A stretch of DNA of 64,000 nt from Octopus sinensis (taxonomy: Eukaryota): contig NC_043005.1 of assembly GCF_006345805.1 (NCBI RefSeq), positions 96,100,001 through 96,164,000 on the forward strand, given 5' to 3'. Below the pieces are notes generated by a model, which was not told where the DNA came from, made no database searches, and was given only the letters and a program-made list of their open reading frames with translations. Positions 39,449-52,699 of this stretch are shown one piece after another; position 1 is the first letter of the stretch; every line of letters starts with the position of its first letter. The translations under genes were made by a program, and so were the position numbers.

Positions 39449-42105
39449 AGATATATTTTGTAGGCTGCATGAATAATAACTGAAGCATATTTGCAAACAT
39501 TTAACTGAAATATTTCTTGCTGCACATAAATGTGTCGGTTATACACAGTGAACAACATAAATGTTTACGGACTGGGAGAGACAGACTACTCAGAAGTTAT
39601 AGAAAGCTTTCTGTTTGACATGCAGTTGGCCTAAAAACTATATGTCAACTGTGCAAATCAGAAATCCTTGGCGATCCTTGACCATCTGCATACCAAATGG
39701 TTTTTATAAGGGACTGGAAGCTAAATTCCAAAAGCCACAACTTCACACTGACTGGTTGATCACATGAAACTATGATGGTTTGCTCGAGGTGTCTGATCAG
39801 TTGAGATTTGGAATCAACACCACAAGTAGTCTTCTCCTAGTTCTTTACATGAATGTAAAAAGTACAAAACAATAAAATGAAGCCAACACAAGTGCAAAAA
39901 GAGCAAGAAGGAAAAAATATGCTTTGAACACAGAATAAATGCAGAAAGAATGGCTATATAAGAATAAGTTTGTAAAATAGGCCAAGTTCTGCAGATTTTT
40001 TTGAAATGTAAAAAGAAAACTTTTTTTGTTTGTGTTAAAATAAAGATATGATCAAGTGTTCTTAACCAGCCAATGGAAGTCTGTCAACATTGACAGTCAC
40101 CCATCTCCTCTGAATCTCTATGACCATACATTTTGGTTTAGGTTTTAGTACACGTTGTAGACCAGAATAATCCGTGTGCAAAGGATGCTTAACTGCATTG
40201 TTGCGTACAAAAATGTGAGCCCAAGTATTGATGTTGGGTGAAATAAAAGTTTTGATCAACAGAGATAACTGTGCCATATAATTTCATAGACAATGAATAT
40301 AGCTGGTAGGATCATGTTGATTAGCTGTAGCCACTACCATCTGACCAGGCAGTGTAAGTGCCAAACCATATAGTAATTCTGCTTGGAAATGATGTCATAA
40401 AAAAATAAACAAACAAAAAACAAATATGACATATTGAAATCCTGCAATGTTGTTTTCCTGTGGTTGAGTAGACGATCTGAAAGAAGACAGTTGCATGCAT
40501 TTGTGTACTTTAACACCAAAATGGTTATGATACCAACAAAACATTCACCTATGAGGACTGAATAGTTGATTTCTAGAAGTCTTCTGGTCACAAGAATTTG
40601 AGGATGTAGAAAATGTAGGATATTCTAATTGTGCAAGTCTATCTGTAAAAGCCAGAATTTTGTCTTTGGGGGTCTTACAAAAAATCACCAGTTTAGAGGA
40701 AATAGAAGATATGAAGGGAGGAGGATAAGTATCTGCATTACAAACATTTGAGGAGGAAGTAACCATAATACTGTCTTTCAAGTTGCCAATGGGGTAGTAG
40801 AGCTCTGCTGTCTTACAGGCCTTAACATGGATTGCACATTTTGAAGATAGGTGCAAGAAAAATAGTTGTCTCAACATCAACTCTTCAAGTGGGTTATCCT
40901 CTATTAATTCTCTCATTCTTCTTCTCAACAGTTGGGAATGTAAAATTTCTACTTTCATACTTTGATAAAATATGGAGTCAAAAATGTTTGGTAATCGAAT
41001 CTTTGACTTCAGTGCTTAAAGCACGAGGCAAAACACTGACTAATAGGTGAAATTGGTATCTGAGGAAATTTTATTTACTGTGAAATTGGTTTTGAGCTGA
41101 GAAAACCAAATTGAAGGACCTCCAGGTGAAGCAAAGGACAAAGCAACCTGAATAGCTAAGCTATCACTATTTTCAAAAGAAATTGACAGGACTGGTGATT
41201 TTGCCATTCTTACACACAAATCAGCTGGAACCACACAAATGAAAGGATATGAAAAGATTAAATACAGGCTGTTACAGCAAACTCAGGAAGGTTCTGGATA
41301 AAATTTGCTCCTGAATCATTCATTCAAGAGAAGAGAAAATTTTCCTTAATGTTGAAAGTTGGTTTTGACTGTTAATTTGATCAGATGAAAGATACGCCTA
41401 AGCCATTAATAGTCAAGCTAATAGCCTTGTAATGCCATAGTTTCAACAGGTGGAGGTGTGTGGTGGTAAAAGTAATGAGCAGTGGTGTCTGCCCCCTTTG
41501 ATCTTATCTCATTGTTGTGGTAGTGGTGATAAGTTGATTTTCATAAGATTGACAAGTTGGGTTTATTGTTGTAGCTTTTGCTGGCTTTTTCGTGAGTTGA
41601 ATTTTACCAGATGTTGCTAGGTGAAGATGAATGTCAGGTGTCACCAATTTCATGATATCACTGGCTTTTTTTCAAATTGAGGGTCACCTTTGTCATGAGG
41701 GTGGCTAGTTGCTTGAGTTGAATTGGTCAGTGGAGATATATTTTGTTGGTTGCATGAATAATAACTGAAGCAAATCTGCAAACACTTTACTGAAATTTTT
41801 TATTGCTGGACATAAAGATATTGGTGTTGGCTAATTACAATGAAAATATGTTTGCTGACTGGAAAGACAAACGTCTCTGAAATTATAGAAAGCTATCTAT
41901 GTGACAACATACAGTTGGCCCCAAATTGTACAAAATCAGCTGTGCACCAAACGGTTTTTATTGGGGACTGGAAGCTAAATTCTAGAATGTTTGAGAAAAC
42001 CATGTCCTGCCACAGCCTCGTGCTTGATCTGTCAATTAATTGACTAATCATGTGAAACTATAGTGGTTCACTTGTGGTGTCTGACCAATTATCTCGTAGT
42101 TGAGG
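39449..42105 (-). mobile_element. heavily degraded non-LTR retroelement remnant, with a diverged ~360-bp direct repeat (39449-39805 and 41734-42105)
   Basis: The direct repeat is visible (AGATATATTTTGT.GG.TGCATGAATAATAACTGAAGC...). The sequence between gives only faint LINE-like peptide traces (LLSDR, SPGGPSIW). Confidence 0.4.
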
Positions 42106-42698
42106 TTTCAAATCACCTCTACAACACTTTATATTGCATAGTATTATGCCTGTTGTTTAATTTAGTTGATGATTGGGAAAAAAAATCTTTAGTGTTTCAT
42201 TTAAATCTTAATTTTGATTACAAATCTTTGAAGTTGCTGTATTAAAGTTGATTGAACAAACCCAGCCATAGCCATCTCATCTTTTTAGGGATATGCATAT
42301 AGGATTACATTATCCACTGCATCCTTCCATGTTTAAAATGGTTTGATTTGCGGGCAGGTTGGTGACAACTTACTTTTGCAGGTTGTGTGACTATGTGGTC
42401 TCTTCTTATGTCTGTTGAAAATCTGGTGAAGGTATCTAAATACAATACTATATTCGTATAAGCAAATAAATACTTAGAACAATATACTTTGTGCTACTTG
42501 TGGAAATAAAAGAAAAATAATATACAGCACCTACAATTTTATATGATCAAAACAAATTTGTAGATAACTGAAACATAAGAATAATATAGTAGAGAAGTGT
42601 TAGATAAATCATCTGTTATATGGTTTACTGAATTAAGATATTACTTGAACAATATTCAATTTCATATACTAACATCTTCAGTTTATTTATATTTATAG

Positions 42699-42753
42699 GA
42701 AGCTGATAATGTAATTTTGGTGTTTTCTGTGAAAGAAAGTGGGAAATTTCAAG
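42699..42753 (+). CDS. YTHDC1: YTHDC1 coding exon 8
   Basis: ttatag|EADNVILVFSVKESGKFQ+G|gtattt; 55 nt, phase 0-1. Confidence 0.97.
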
Positions 42754-43080
42754 GTATTTAATTTATTAATTTCTAATGGACACTGATATATTTTTATTAA
42801 ATTTGTGGTATTTTGCAGTTAAATTGCTGCTGGGGGAATAATTTACCATTTTCCTTTTAAGTAATAAAATTCAAGCAATTATTCCATTATTGGGAAGCAA
42901 AGTATAGTAGCTATGTTTTATGTCTCAGTTTTTTGCTTTTAATAAATTTTGTGTTAAAAGGTTAAAAAAAAATATTGAAAATTTATCATAGTGAAAATAA
43001 TTATAATGTCTGTTGATCAGTTATCACTTGAATTTTTAAAGATTTTAATGTTTGCTTTTCAACATTTTATCACTGTCAAG

Positions 43081-43198
43081 GTTTTGCACGATTATCAGCT
43101 GAATCAACAAGGGATCATCCTCCAATACGTTGGGTTTTACCACCTGGGTTAAGTGCTCGAGCACTCAGTGGAGTTTTTAAATTGGATTGGATTAACCG
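43081..43198 (+). CDS. YTHDC1: YTHDC1 coding exon 9
   Basis: gtcaag|(G)[38 protein letters not shown]+CG|gtgagt; 118 nt, phase 1-2. Confidence 0.97.
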
Positions 43199-43566
43199 GT
43201 GAGTTGAAAACAAAGTTTTCTGTATCCCCAGCGTATTGACTATATATTTTCAGGAGTGGAGAAGAAATTGTACAAAAATTTATTGAACAGCCATCCATTT
43301 CTATCAGTATTTTTATCATTCAGGAAAGAGTTACAAGATATAAACATGAGAACCTGTGGGTTTCTACTTTTTAACCATGGCTATGTATTATACTTATCTT
43401 CCCTGCCCACCCCTGCAACTTACTCAGTATCATTCCTCTCTTATCCTACTCATCCCTTTACTCTCTGGTTTCACTCAACCATTCCCACTCCCACTTCTAA
43501 AATGTGAGTAGATGAGCAAGAAACCTGTTCTGCTCTGGCCTTTTTGACTCTCATCTCTTAGCTTAA

Positions 43567-44884
43567 CCCTTTCGTTACTATATTTCTGACCCCTTATGTG
43601 TTTCAATTCATTTCTAACATAATCATAAATTTAGTCTGGTTTCATTAAACAACTATAACTTTTTTATTTATCAATATATTAATGTGATTTTTGGAAGATA
43701 ATTTAATGAAATGTTCTCAACCAATTCTATACTATAATTTTTGTCACAAAGTGACTCTAATTGCAGGTAGATACAGGTAAATTCAACAAAATATAAAATT
43801 ATTAAAATTTTTGTTCAAACATCGCTGTAGAAAATGGGTTATTAGCTAATATTCAATTGGGTATACAACAAAATTTTACTATAGAATTTGTAACTTTCTG
43901 ATACCCATAATAATATTTATGGCAAAATAGGCCTTAATTTCATTTAAGGTTGTGGGAAACCACAAACTATCCCTTCTTTCGCTTTGTTTACATTTCGCGT
44001 AACGGTTCGTTTCCGCTGTAATTTTCTGATACCCATAATAATATTTATGGCAAAATAGGCCTTAATTTCATTTAAGGTTGTGGGAAACCACAAACTATCC
44101 TTTCTTTCGCTTTCGCCGTAATTTTCTGATACCCATAATATTTATGGGTAACTTTCTGATACCCATAATAATATTTATGGCAAAATAGGCCTTAATTTCA
44201 TTTAAGGTTGTGGGAAATAACAAACTATCCTTTCTTTCGCTTTGTTTACATTTAGCGTAACGGTTCGTTTCCGCCGTAATGATTTCAAATAGGCTCATTC
44301 GAAAAAGTAAAAAGAAATAGTCTAAGGCTTTACTCTCCTGGGAAAGACTGTGGCTTGGTCCAGTTTCTTCAGAAAAATCACTGAAAGAAACAGTTTTTAA
44401 ATTTTCACTCCATTCAGGTGCCAATTTATTTTCTTTATCGCTGTCAGAGCTCTCGGATTCACTGCTTTTATTTTCAGAAAATGAAACATCGTATTCATTA
44501 TCAAATACCATGTGCTTTTTTTTTTTCAGTCATAGAGTTAGATTTATGAAGGTGTTCAGTAGAAAAGCCTTCGAATTCTGACTCGCTGCTTGATATAATG
44601 AAATTTGTATCCATTTTTTGTCAGAATTACAAATTTTGAAAACACAATAGGAACAAATTTCGGGAAAAAATCTCCCAAAATTCACGGAATTAAAATTACA
44701 CTTCGATCGTTGTACAAAACTGTAGATGAACTGTTTACGAAGCATAATCACGTGTTTTCACGAATGTACTAAAGAGATTTGCTCTGATATTCTCATTTAA
44801 ATATGACTAGGTAAATACGGGCAGCTTGGTCACATGAACCAAAATATTTTTCGGGCGGCTTTGGGCAGTTTGGTAACGAAAGGG
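43567..44884 (-). mobile_element. internally deleted piggyBac element, copy 2, with internal tandem duplications
   Basis: TTAA TSDs (43563-66, 44885-88), same TIR; ORF 44095-44511; segment around 43890-44240 repeated about three times. Confidence 0.92.
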
Positions 44885-45350
44885 TTAAACTATCTTCTCC
44901 CCCTTATTTGTTCATTGTCTTGCAAACTGCATGACAACTTTGCTAGTGCTGGGAGCACCAAAAAAAAAAAAAAAAAAGAACCAGTACATTCTGTGAAGTG
45001 TTTGACATTAGGAAGGGTATCCAGCTATAGAAACCATGTCACAGCAGACACTAGAGCACAATGCAATCCTTATGCCTAACAGATCCTATCAAACTGTTCA
45101 ATCTATGGCAGCATGGAAAATGGACATTAAATGATGATGATGGTGACGACAATCTGTCTGTAGAATAAATGTTATATATTACATAATTGTTATAGTTTGT
45201 TTCTTTCATTGCACTTCCATACACATACAACTTGTACTAAAAATCAACCATTTTAAATTTCTGTCTTTATAACAGTTAAATAAAAGCACTTTTTAAAAAA
45301 ATTTAGTATTTTTATATAAGCAGTTTTTTTCTTTCATTTTTATTTTTTAG

Positions 45351-45435
45351 GCGTGACCTTCAATTTACTAAAACTACACATCTGCATAACCCTTGGAATG
45401 AAAATAAATATGTTAAAATTGGCAGAGATGGACAA
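45351..45435 (+). CDS. YTHDC1: YTHDC1 coding exon 10
   Basis: ttttag|(R)[28 protein letters not shown]|gtatga; 85 nt, phase 2-0. Confidence 0.97.
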
Positions 45436-45947
45436 GTATGAAATTTTTTTTTTGCTATTAATATTTTTTAAGTTTTCAAAAATTCTCCTGCTTTAAATAG
45501 GAACTATATTTCCAATAGTCTGACATATGTAATCAACCATTGTTGATTATAAACAACGTCTTCATATTTCATCACAAATATTTACCATTTTCAACAGTTT
45601 GAGAGCAGCTGCTTCAAATCTTTGTCCCTTTTCATCTCTTCCATTCTCATGCTGACCACTTCAAGAGACCCACCTTTCTCTTCCTGCTTGTTGCACTATC
45701 TGATGTCCAGAAAGGCTTTGTGTGTATGGCTAAAAATTTTTTCTTTTTAAGATTAATAGGCATTGGTTATGATTAAGGCAGAGTTCTGTGTCAAGGAAGT
45801 ATAATCTTAATATAGTATGCTCATTTATGCAAATGTCTTTCTGATACTGTTTAGCTATTAATTCCGATTTTTACATGATTTTGATGTTTTTTGCTACAAA
45901 GACTTATGTATCCCAATATGATTGATTTTATAACTTTAATTTTACAG

Positions 45948-46189
45948 GAGATTGAACCAACAGTTGGAGAAGCTCTATGTAAATTATTTCCGTCAGATGA
46001 CAATGTTGATCTTGGCAGTATTGTAAGAAAGGCTAGAAAGTCACACCATCACTCTCGAAGTTCAGAAAGGCATTTGGATCGTTACCGTGGAGTAAGCAGT
46101 ACTGGTGGGCCCAGTGGACCAGGTGTTGCAGGAACAGCTTCTACAGGAGCCAGTAGTAGCAGTGGCCCAAGGAATTCCGAAATTTCTAG
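45948..46189 (+). CDS. YTHDC1: YTHDC1 coding exon 11 (end of the YTH domain plus a G/S-rich linker)
   Basis: ttacag|EIEPTVGEALCKLFPSDDNVDL...NSEIS+AG|gttaga; 242 nt, phase 0-2, matching exon 12. Confidence 0.92.
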
Positions 46190-49100
46190 GTTAGAGCACT
46201 TGTTTCAAGCTCAAGTTTTATATGGAAGAGGTATAACATGACCTCTCATTCCCAAGTACTTTGAGTATTGTCTAATTTTTGAGGCGCGTATACACTCAAT
46301 TATACAAATTCACACATACATGCAGACATATCTCAAAATATTCACCCTATGTTAGCAAATACGTACACATAATACTTATAATTATGTGTACGTATGTATA
46401 TCTATTTGGCATATGCATTCCTTCGAAGGTTCTTTGTTTTCCTGAGAAAATAAAAACCAAGAAAGGAACAAGCTTGTACCAAGATAGATTGGAATATAAA
46501 CTGGGTGGCGAAAAATGTTAATACCAACTCTTTCCGACTGGTAAGTATGTCAGAGTGGGCCGTATATCTTTAATGATTCTCTTCCTAGCATATTACAGGG
46601 CTTAACTCCTGGAGCCTCTTACCACTGCATTTAGGAAGGCTTGACTTGCCTCATTTGAGCTCAATTTGGCCAGATTTAAAAGAAAAAGAGAGAAAAATAG
46701 AGGAAAAAAACAAACATAAGAAATGTTTATATCTGTGCAAGGACTTGCACACTATCTTGTAATACCAATTCTGAAGTTGTTCTCAAAGGATTGTCTTATG
46801 GCTTCTAAAAAAGTGTTCTTACATATGCAATATCCTCTGGCATCCCATTGTTATTAAAGTCTTCTGGACAGCAGTTATATTGATTCAGTTGGGTTGGGTT
46901 GTGTTATTGACAGCAAAATCAGTGAGTATTAATGTAATTTTCAGTGTTTGTAATCAATGTTATAAACTATCATGCCATATTATCATAAAATGGTTTTCAT
47001 TGGCTGTTTCCCTTCCCTCCAGCCTATTTACATGCTGATAGTAGACTACTTCACACCTACATCCTCAATAATGTTGCCTACCATCAACTTACATCTGCAT
47101 GGACGTAAGCATTTCATTGTACATTTTCTTATAAATGCAGTCATCTGTCTTTATTTCGACAAAAGTTTAAGTTGGTGAAAAGGCAGTTAAGTTTTGGTGC
47201 TGTCTCAAATGAAACAAAATAATTAAAAAGGAAAGTACAAAAACCCCACACATACACACATGCCCCTCCCCAAAAATCCAAAAGTAAGTTTTATGAACTG
47301 CGTATCTCTATATATAAATATATATTTATATAACCATCGGTGTTCAGCTCTAATTGAACTGTGATACTACTATTGTTATGCGTGGGACTTCTCACAAAAT
47401 GCCACATAATGAACTAAATATTGCATTAAAATAACGAACGTTAACATAAAAAAAAAATTAAAACGCAAACAAATAGTAGTGAGCAATGGAATACAGCTTG
47501 TATGTGGAGTTGGTACTGAGATGCTAGAAGACATTCAAACTGCAAAACGGTATGTTACCTCTTTTTCTTTTGCATAATTTAACCCACAGATCAACATATA
47601 TGGTGCATCGTTGAGTTTTTGTTTATACAGTTATTTTTATTGCTTCGTTAAGCTGATTATAAAGTTAGGTCTTTCGTCCATCTCTCTATATATGCCAGTT
47701 TTATCAGTTGAAGTTCTGTATTTGAACTATTAACATTTATTGAACTCCATTAGAAACATTTTACATGGCATCATAATGATTAAGAATAGAATTTTAGGCT
47801 TCAAAAGTAACTCAGCATTTGTTACTTCATATGCTTAAATATCTATTTCCATATCAAGCAAATGTATTTTAAACTTTATCAACTTGTCCCCTACATTTTG
47901 ATATTTTTACTTCTTTAGAAGTAATTTAGCTTTTAGTTTATATATATATGTTTAGTTTGAAGCAATTTTTTTCTGAGATCTAAGTTTAAAGGGTGATGTA
48001 ATGTACTTGTAACTATTTGAATTGTTTCTACTGAATTATTCTCCAGCTGAACATTCAAGATATTTATGGAAATTTTTCTTCCTTTTAATAAATATTTTAT
48101 TCCTTCAAATTATTTTTGGGTGACGTGAATGATAAATAATTAATACAGCTAGTACATACAAAACTGCATGCAGTTTTTATGTAGAGGTGTGTTGTTTTTT
48201 TTTGTTTTTTGTTTTTTAATATTAGAAGTAACTATATGCTCTTGCTAATATTATACCTTCTATTTAAAGAAAATTTATTTATGTTGCATAAAGATATGAA
48301 GTATATGCAACAAAAAACACTCGTCATCTTTGTAGCTTTCCAACTTCTTAAATATTTATTAATATATATTTCTTTAAACTCTCATTTAATAGGAGTATCG
48401 ATTAAAAAAAATCGTTTAAGTCTCAGCTATGAAAGCTTTTGAGTATATTAGAGATCATAACTTTGAATTATTGCAACAAATGTTATTGACTTTTGTTTTC
48501 ATAATTTATATCAAAAGGCTGAGTTGTTGTTGTTTTGAAATAGTTGCTGTTGAGAGCCAGTAATCTGCTGCAATGGTGGCACAGATTAATCAATACAGTT
48601 TCAAAGTAGTTCGCTCATGACTTGCTCTCTTGTACTGGGAATATCCTCACCATTGATTCTCTTTTGATTTCATTGATCTTATTCAATTTCCTGCGCTTTT
48701 GGTTTATTTTTCATTTGCATTTGAGATTTGGGTCAAAATATTAATTCTAGTATAATAAAAAAAATAATAAAAAATTTCTTGAAATCATTGCTGGAATTTA
48801 ATATCTGATAAAATTTTATTTCACATGTTGAAATAAAACATTTTTTTCTTTTTTTTGAAATTTTATATATGATTATATTGTTCAGGCCCTGTTCAATATA
48901 GATAGATAGATTTCTGATTTATGGCAATGTAGTATAATTAAACTATTTCAACTAAAGCTTTGCTATATTTCATATTTTGATTTAGATGTGTTTATTTTTT
49001 CCTCTCGTCTTAAATGGTTTTAAACATCTAAATATTGATTATTCAATCAACCCTGCACTTCTGTTTGTCTGGTGCCTGGACAAAGGACCGAATTAATATT

Positions 49101-52100
49101 TGAAAAGTTTTGGGGGTTAAAATATTCAAATTTTATTTTAAATTTTCTTGCCACTGAATTCTGAATATATTGAAGTCAACCTCATAAAAAAATTCTAAAC
49201 TTTTCCTATTTGTTTTTCATTTATTTTATTAATGCTATCATGCCTTTTGCTTCAATTCAGCATATTTATATTTTAGCTTTAATTTAGCCCTATATATGCA
49301 GCGTGGTTTGACTAATGTTCTTCATTGAACAGACATTTTACTACTTCAAATTACATATTTCTTTACTGTTTTTAAGTATTGAGCTTCATATTGGTTTTAT
49401 ATTGCTCTAGGCATCTTAAAAACTAACTAACTAATCTATTTATATAGATCCATATACATGTATGTAGCTATTATTAAGTGAATATTTCCTAGTTGTGATT
49501 TTCAAAAAAAAAAATTTTACGATTAAATGTTACACGTATTAGTAATGAGTAAATAAATCTTTTAATATTAGTTTATGGATGAAGATTAGCAGGAATTTGA
49601 GTTTAAAAAATGTGGTTAAAAGAATTTGAAACTAACTGATACTGTATTGCTGAACCAATATTATTATTATTATTATTTGCTGCTATATTATTATTAATAT
49701 TATTATTTGCCTAATATCCACATTAAACTTTGCATTCACACGAAATACAATTTTTCAAATTGATTTGATGACTTGTCATTCAGTGAGTTTTATTTATTAA
49801 ATGGTTTTAATCTTCTTACTGTGAAATTAAATTTCATAGTTATTCCAGTAATGATGTAAAATATCTACCAAAAAGTATAATTGGTATTTTCTGCAAGTCA
49901 TGTTGCTTCAATAAATTGACATACTCAACAGAAATTAGCTTCAAATATGACAGTTCTCAGCAAAAGATAGACTGGTATATAAGACTGCCTTCCACAATTA
50001 AAGGTAATGAAATTATGAGTAGATATATGTGATTTCTACAATCAAAGTATTAAGCAAGGCAGTTTCAATCCAAATTCTAATGTATCTTTATCACTTACTA
50101 AAATAATTTATAAAAATATCCTATAAATTCTTAGTATTGTTTCAGTTAAGCATTAAGGCAGCACTTTGTCTATGATTTTGCTCCAGTTGCAAATAGTACG
50201 TATGAGGACTGATTTTTGCTTTTTTGTACTACAAGGGTAATTACAATTAGACTGCCATTGGAACTAGGTTTACCACTTGTGAAAAACAGATCATTTTTGA
50301 AGCTACCTCTTGAAATATTTAATGTCTCCCAAATTCTAACTTCCTGTTATGAAATTAAAAGTATTTTTTCATGAATTTATTCTGTAAATTTATTACAAAG
50401 ATGACATATGACTACATATATATCATCAAATAGCTTTGGGTTCAATACTGCTGCAAAGCATACAACTTGGTCAGCTGTCTTTTGCCATAGTGCCATAGCA
50501 GCCTAAGTCTTGTAAAACTGGGTACATGGAAACTGCAGAAGCTCATTCAATCGGTTGTATCTGTTCTTATGTGGTAAATTTAATTTGCCACCTGACTACC
50601 TACCTTTAATTGAGATACTGGCTCTCTAGTTTGAAGATAACATGAATATCTTGATGTACTGCTTCCTCCATGTTCTCCACCAGTCTTGGAGGTCCTGCAA
50701 AAGGTACAGGTTACAGGCTCTGCTCTTCATTTTCTGATTAAGCCATAAAAATATCATATTGGCTTATATCTTTAGAAAGGCATAAATGTCACACACTCAA
50801 CAAAAGAGGTACGAGTTATTGTAACATGCATATTACCACAAGATCTGGATCCTTGTAGCTAGTGAGCCTGTTGCTCAACCTGTACAGTGTCGTATACTGA
50901 CTGCACACAGCAATGCTACAGCTTTGAACACCTCAGCTATAACTAGCTCAAAGTTTTGAGAACATGATTTATAAACAAACATTTTAATAGATTATGATGT
51001 AAAGATTCATTTAGCTTTATCACAAATGACTATTTACTTTCACTCCACATCTCATAAAACTTTTCCTTTCATTCAGCAACTTCATTGGTGTTGTCTTACA
51101 ACCAATTTTTGAATAGTCTTTCATTACTCATAAGCCTGGTTCTTCAGATATTACACTTTTCATACATGAGGTCTCATCATGTTAAGTGTTTAATTAATAA
51201 ACTTGTATCTCTTTAATTCTCTCTCTCTCTCTCGCTATATTGTTTATCTTTTAAATTCTTTGATATTATTGTTACTTCATACATACACATCTCTTTCTGT
51301 GTCTCTCCCTGTCTGACTATCTCTGTCTTAAATGATTGAGTCAGAGGTTTAATATGTTGAAGTTTCCTTATTTCACTGAAAGTATATCAAAATCATTCTG
51401 ACAGTGAGATATTCATGTTAATTTTAAATACTCTTTAAAATAAATAAATAAAAACACATTTTAAAGATATGGGTATTGGAGGCCAAGAGTATTTTGAGTT
51501 TGTATATGGGTTGAGCTATGTATGAAAAGTGTACACACTAATTTGTTAGGTTGAAAGGTGTAAGGGCAGTAATACAAGATATTGTATACCCTAATATCTG
51601 ATAGCCTTGTTATGTGAAATGGGTCTACTTGAGTAGATGCTATACTGTAACATTAAGTATGGTGTCATATTCTGGTACTTGGTCTCTTGAAACAAAATCT
51701 ATAGTTATTGAATTTCTGTCAACTGCCAACACCTTTGCTTGCAAGTATTCAACAATGACCTGTTTATGGTTTACTGTATAATTCATTGAGCATTACTATC
51801 TAGGAAACGTAGCTCCTACATCAAAGGTGGGTTTCAGTTGGTGATTTAATTCATAAATTATGTTGAGATGAAAATTTATCTCATTTTGATATGAACAATA
51901 GGATACCATTGACTTTATTCATCTTGATATTTATGAAACACAAGTTCGTCACACACCCGGTTCTTGTTGTCCAGATATGCCACTCTCTCATTATAGACAT
52001 GCTCTTTTATCATCTATGTGATAAACTTGCACTCCATCAGTTACGAAGACAAGCATTCCAGTTGATCCGATCAATGAATTAGCCTGCTTGTGAAATTAAC

Positions 52101-52371
52101 GTGCAAGTGGCTGAGCACTCCTCAGACATGTATACACCCTTAATGTGGTTCTCAGGGAGATTCACGGTGACACAGAATGTGAATTACATGTACAGAGCAA
52201 CATGAAATACAGTATCTTGCTGAAGGATACAACATGCCGCTGGGAATCACTCATGACCGTACAATCGTAAGCCAAATACTCTGCCCACTACATCATGTGG
52301 TTGTCATGGGATATTACTTGATTCAATTGCAGAAGTAGTTCTAAAATTGAAATTTGGTGTCTTGTTAAACC

Positions 52372-52699
52372 AATGAGACGTCTGCATTGACTGGGTCATG
52401 CCCTCCGTCGTCAACCAGGAGAATTCATCTACGAAGCAATTACCCCAGCTCCCCTTCATGGCGAAAGCGATGTGGTGGACAATGAAAAACCTGGCTGATG
52501 ACAGTCAAGGCTGATCTGGAACCCAACATAGGCCCCCATATCTACAGCATTCGCCATTGGAATAAGGAGTGGTTGGAGATCACGCGGTCGTTAGCCTCAA
52601 ATCGCCAGGTCTGGTCGGCGTTTGTGAGAGATGCAGCACTGAGGATGAATGAAGCCAGCTCAACTCACCCCGGGTGAATGCTGTTTCAAACAAACAAAC
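52372..52699 (+). mobile_element. RTE LINE 3' end fragment
   Basis: LGHALRRQP...TWLMTVKADLEP..GPHIYSIRHWNKEW..ASNRQVWSAFVRD, stop codon, then a (CAAA)n tail. Confidence 0.75.

Noticed and set aside
39449-42105. LTR retrotransposon (direct repeats flanking ~1.9 kb)
   Set aside because: No TG..CA ends, primer-binding site, polypurine tract or TSD seen; better explained as duplicated degraded LINE pieces.
46023-46097. Internal donors in exon 11 (GTAAGA at 46023, GTAAGC at 46092)
   Set aside because: Both are phase 0 and would frameshift with the phase-2 exon 12; no evidence of use.
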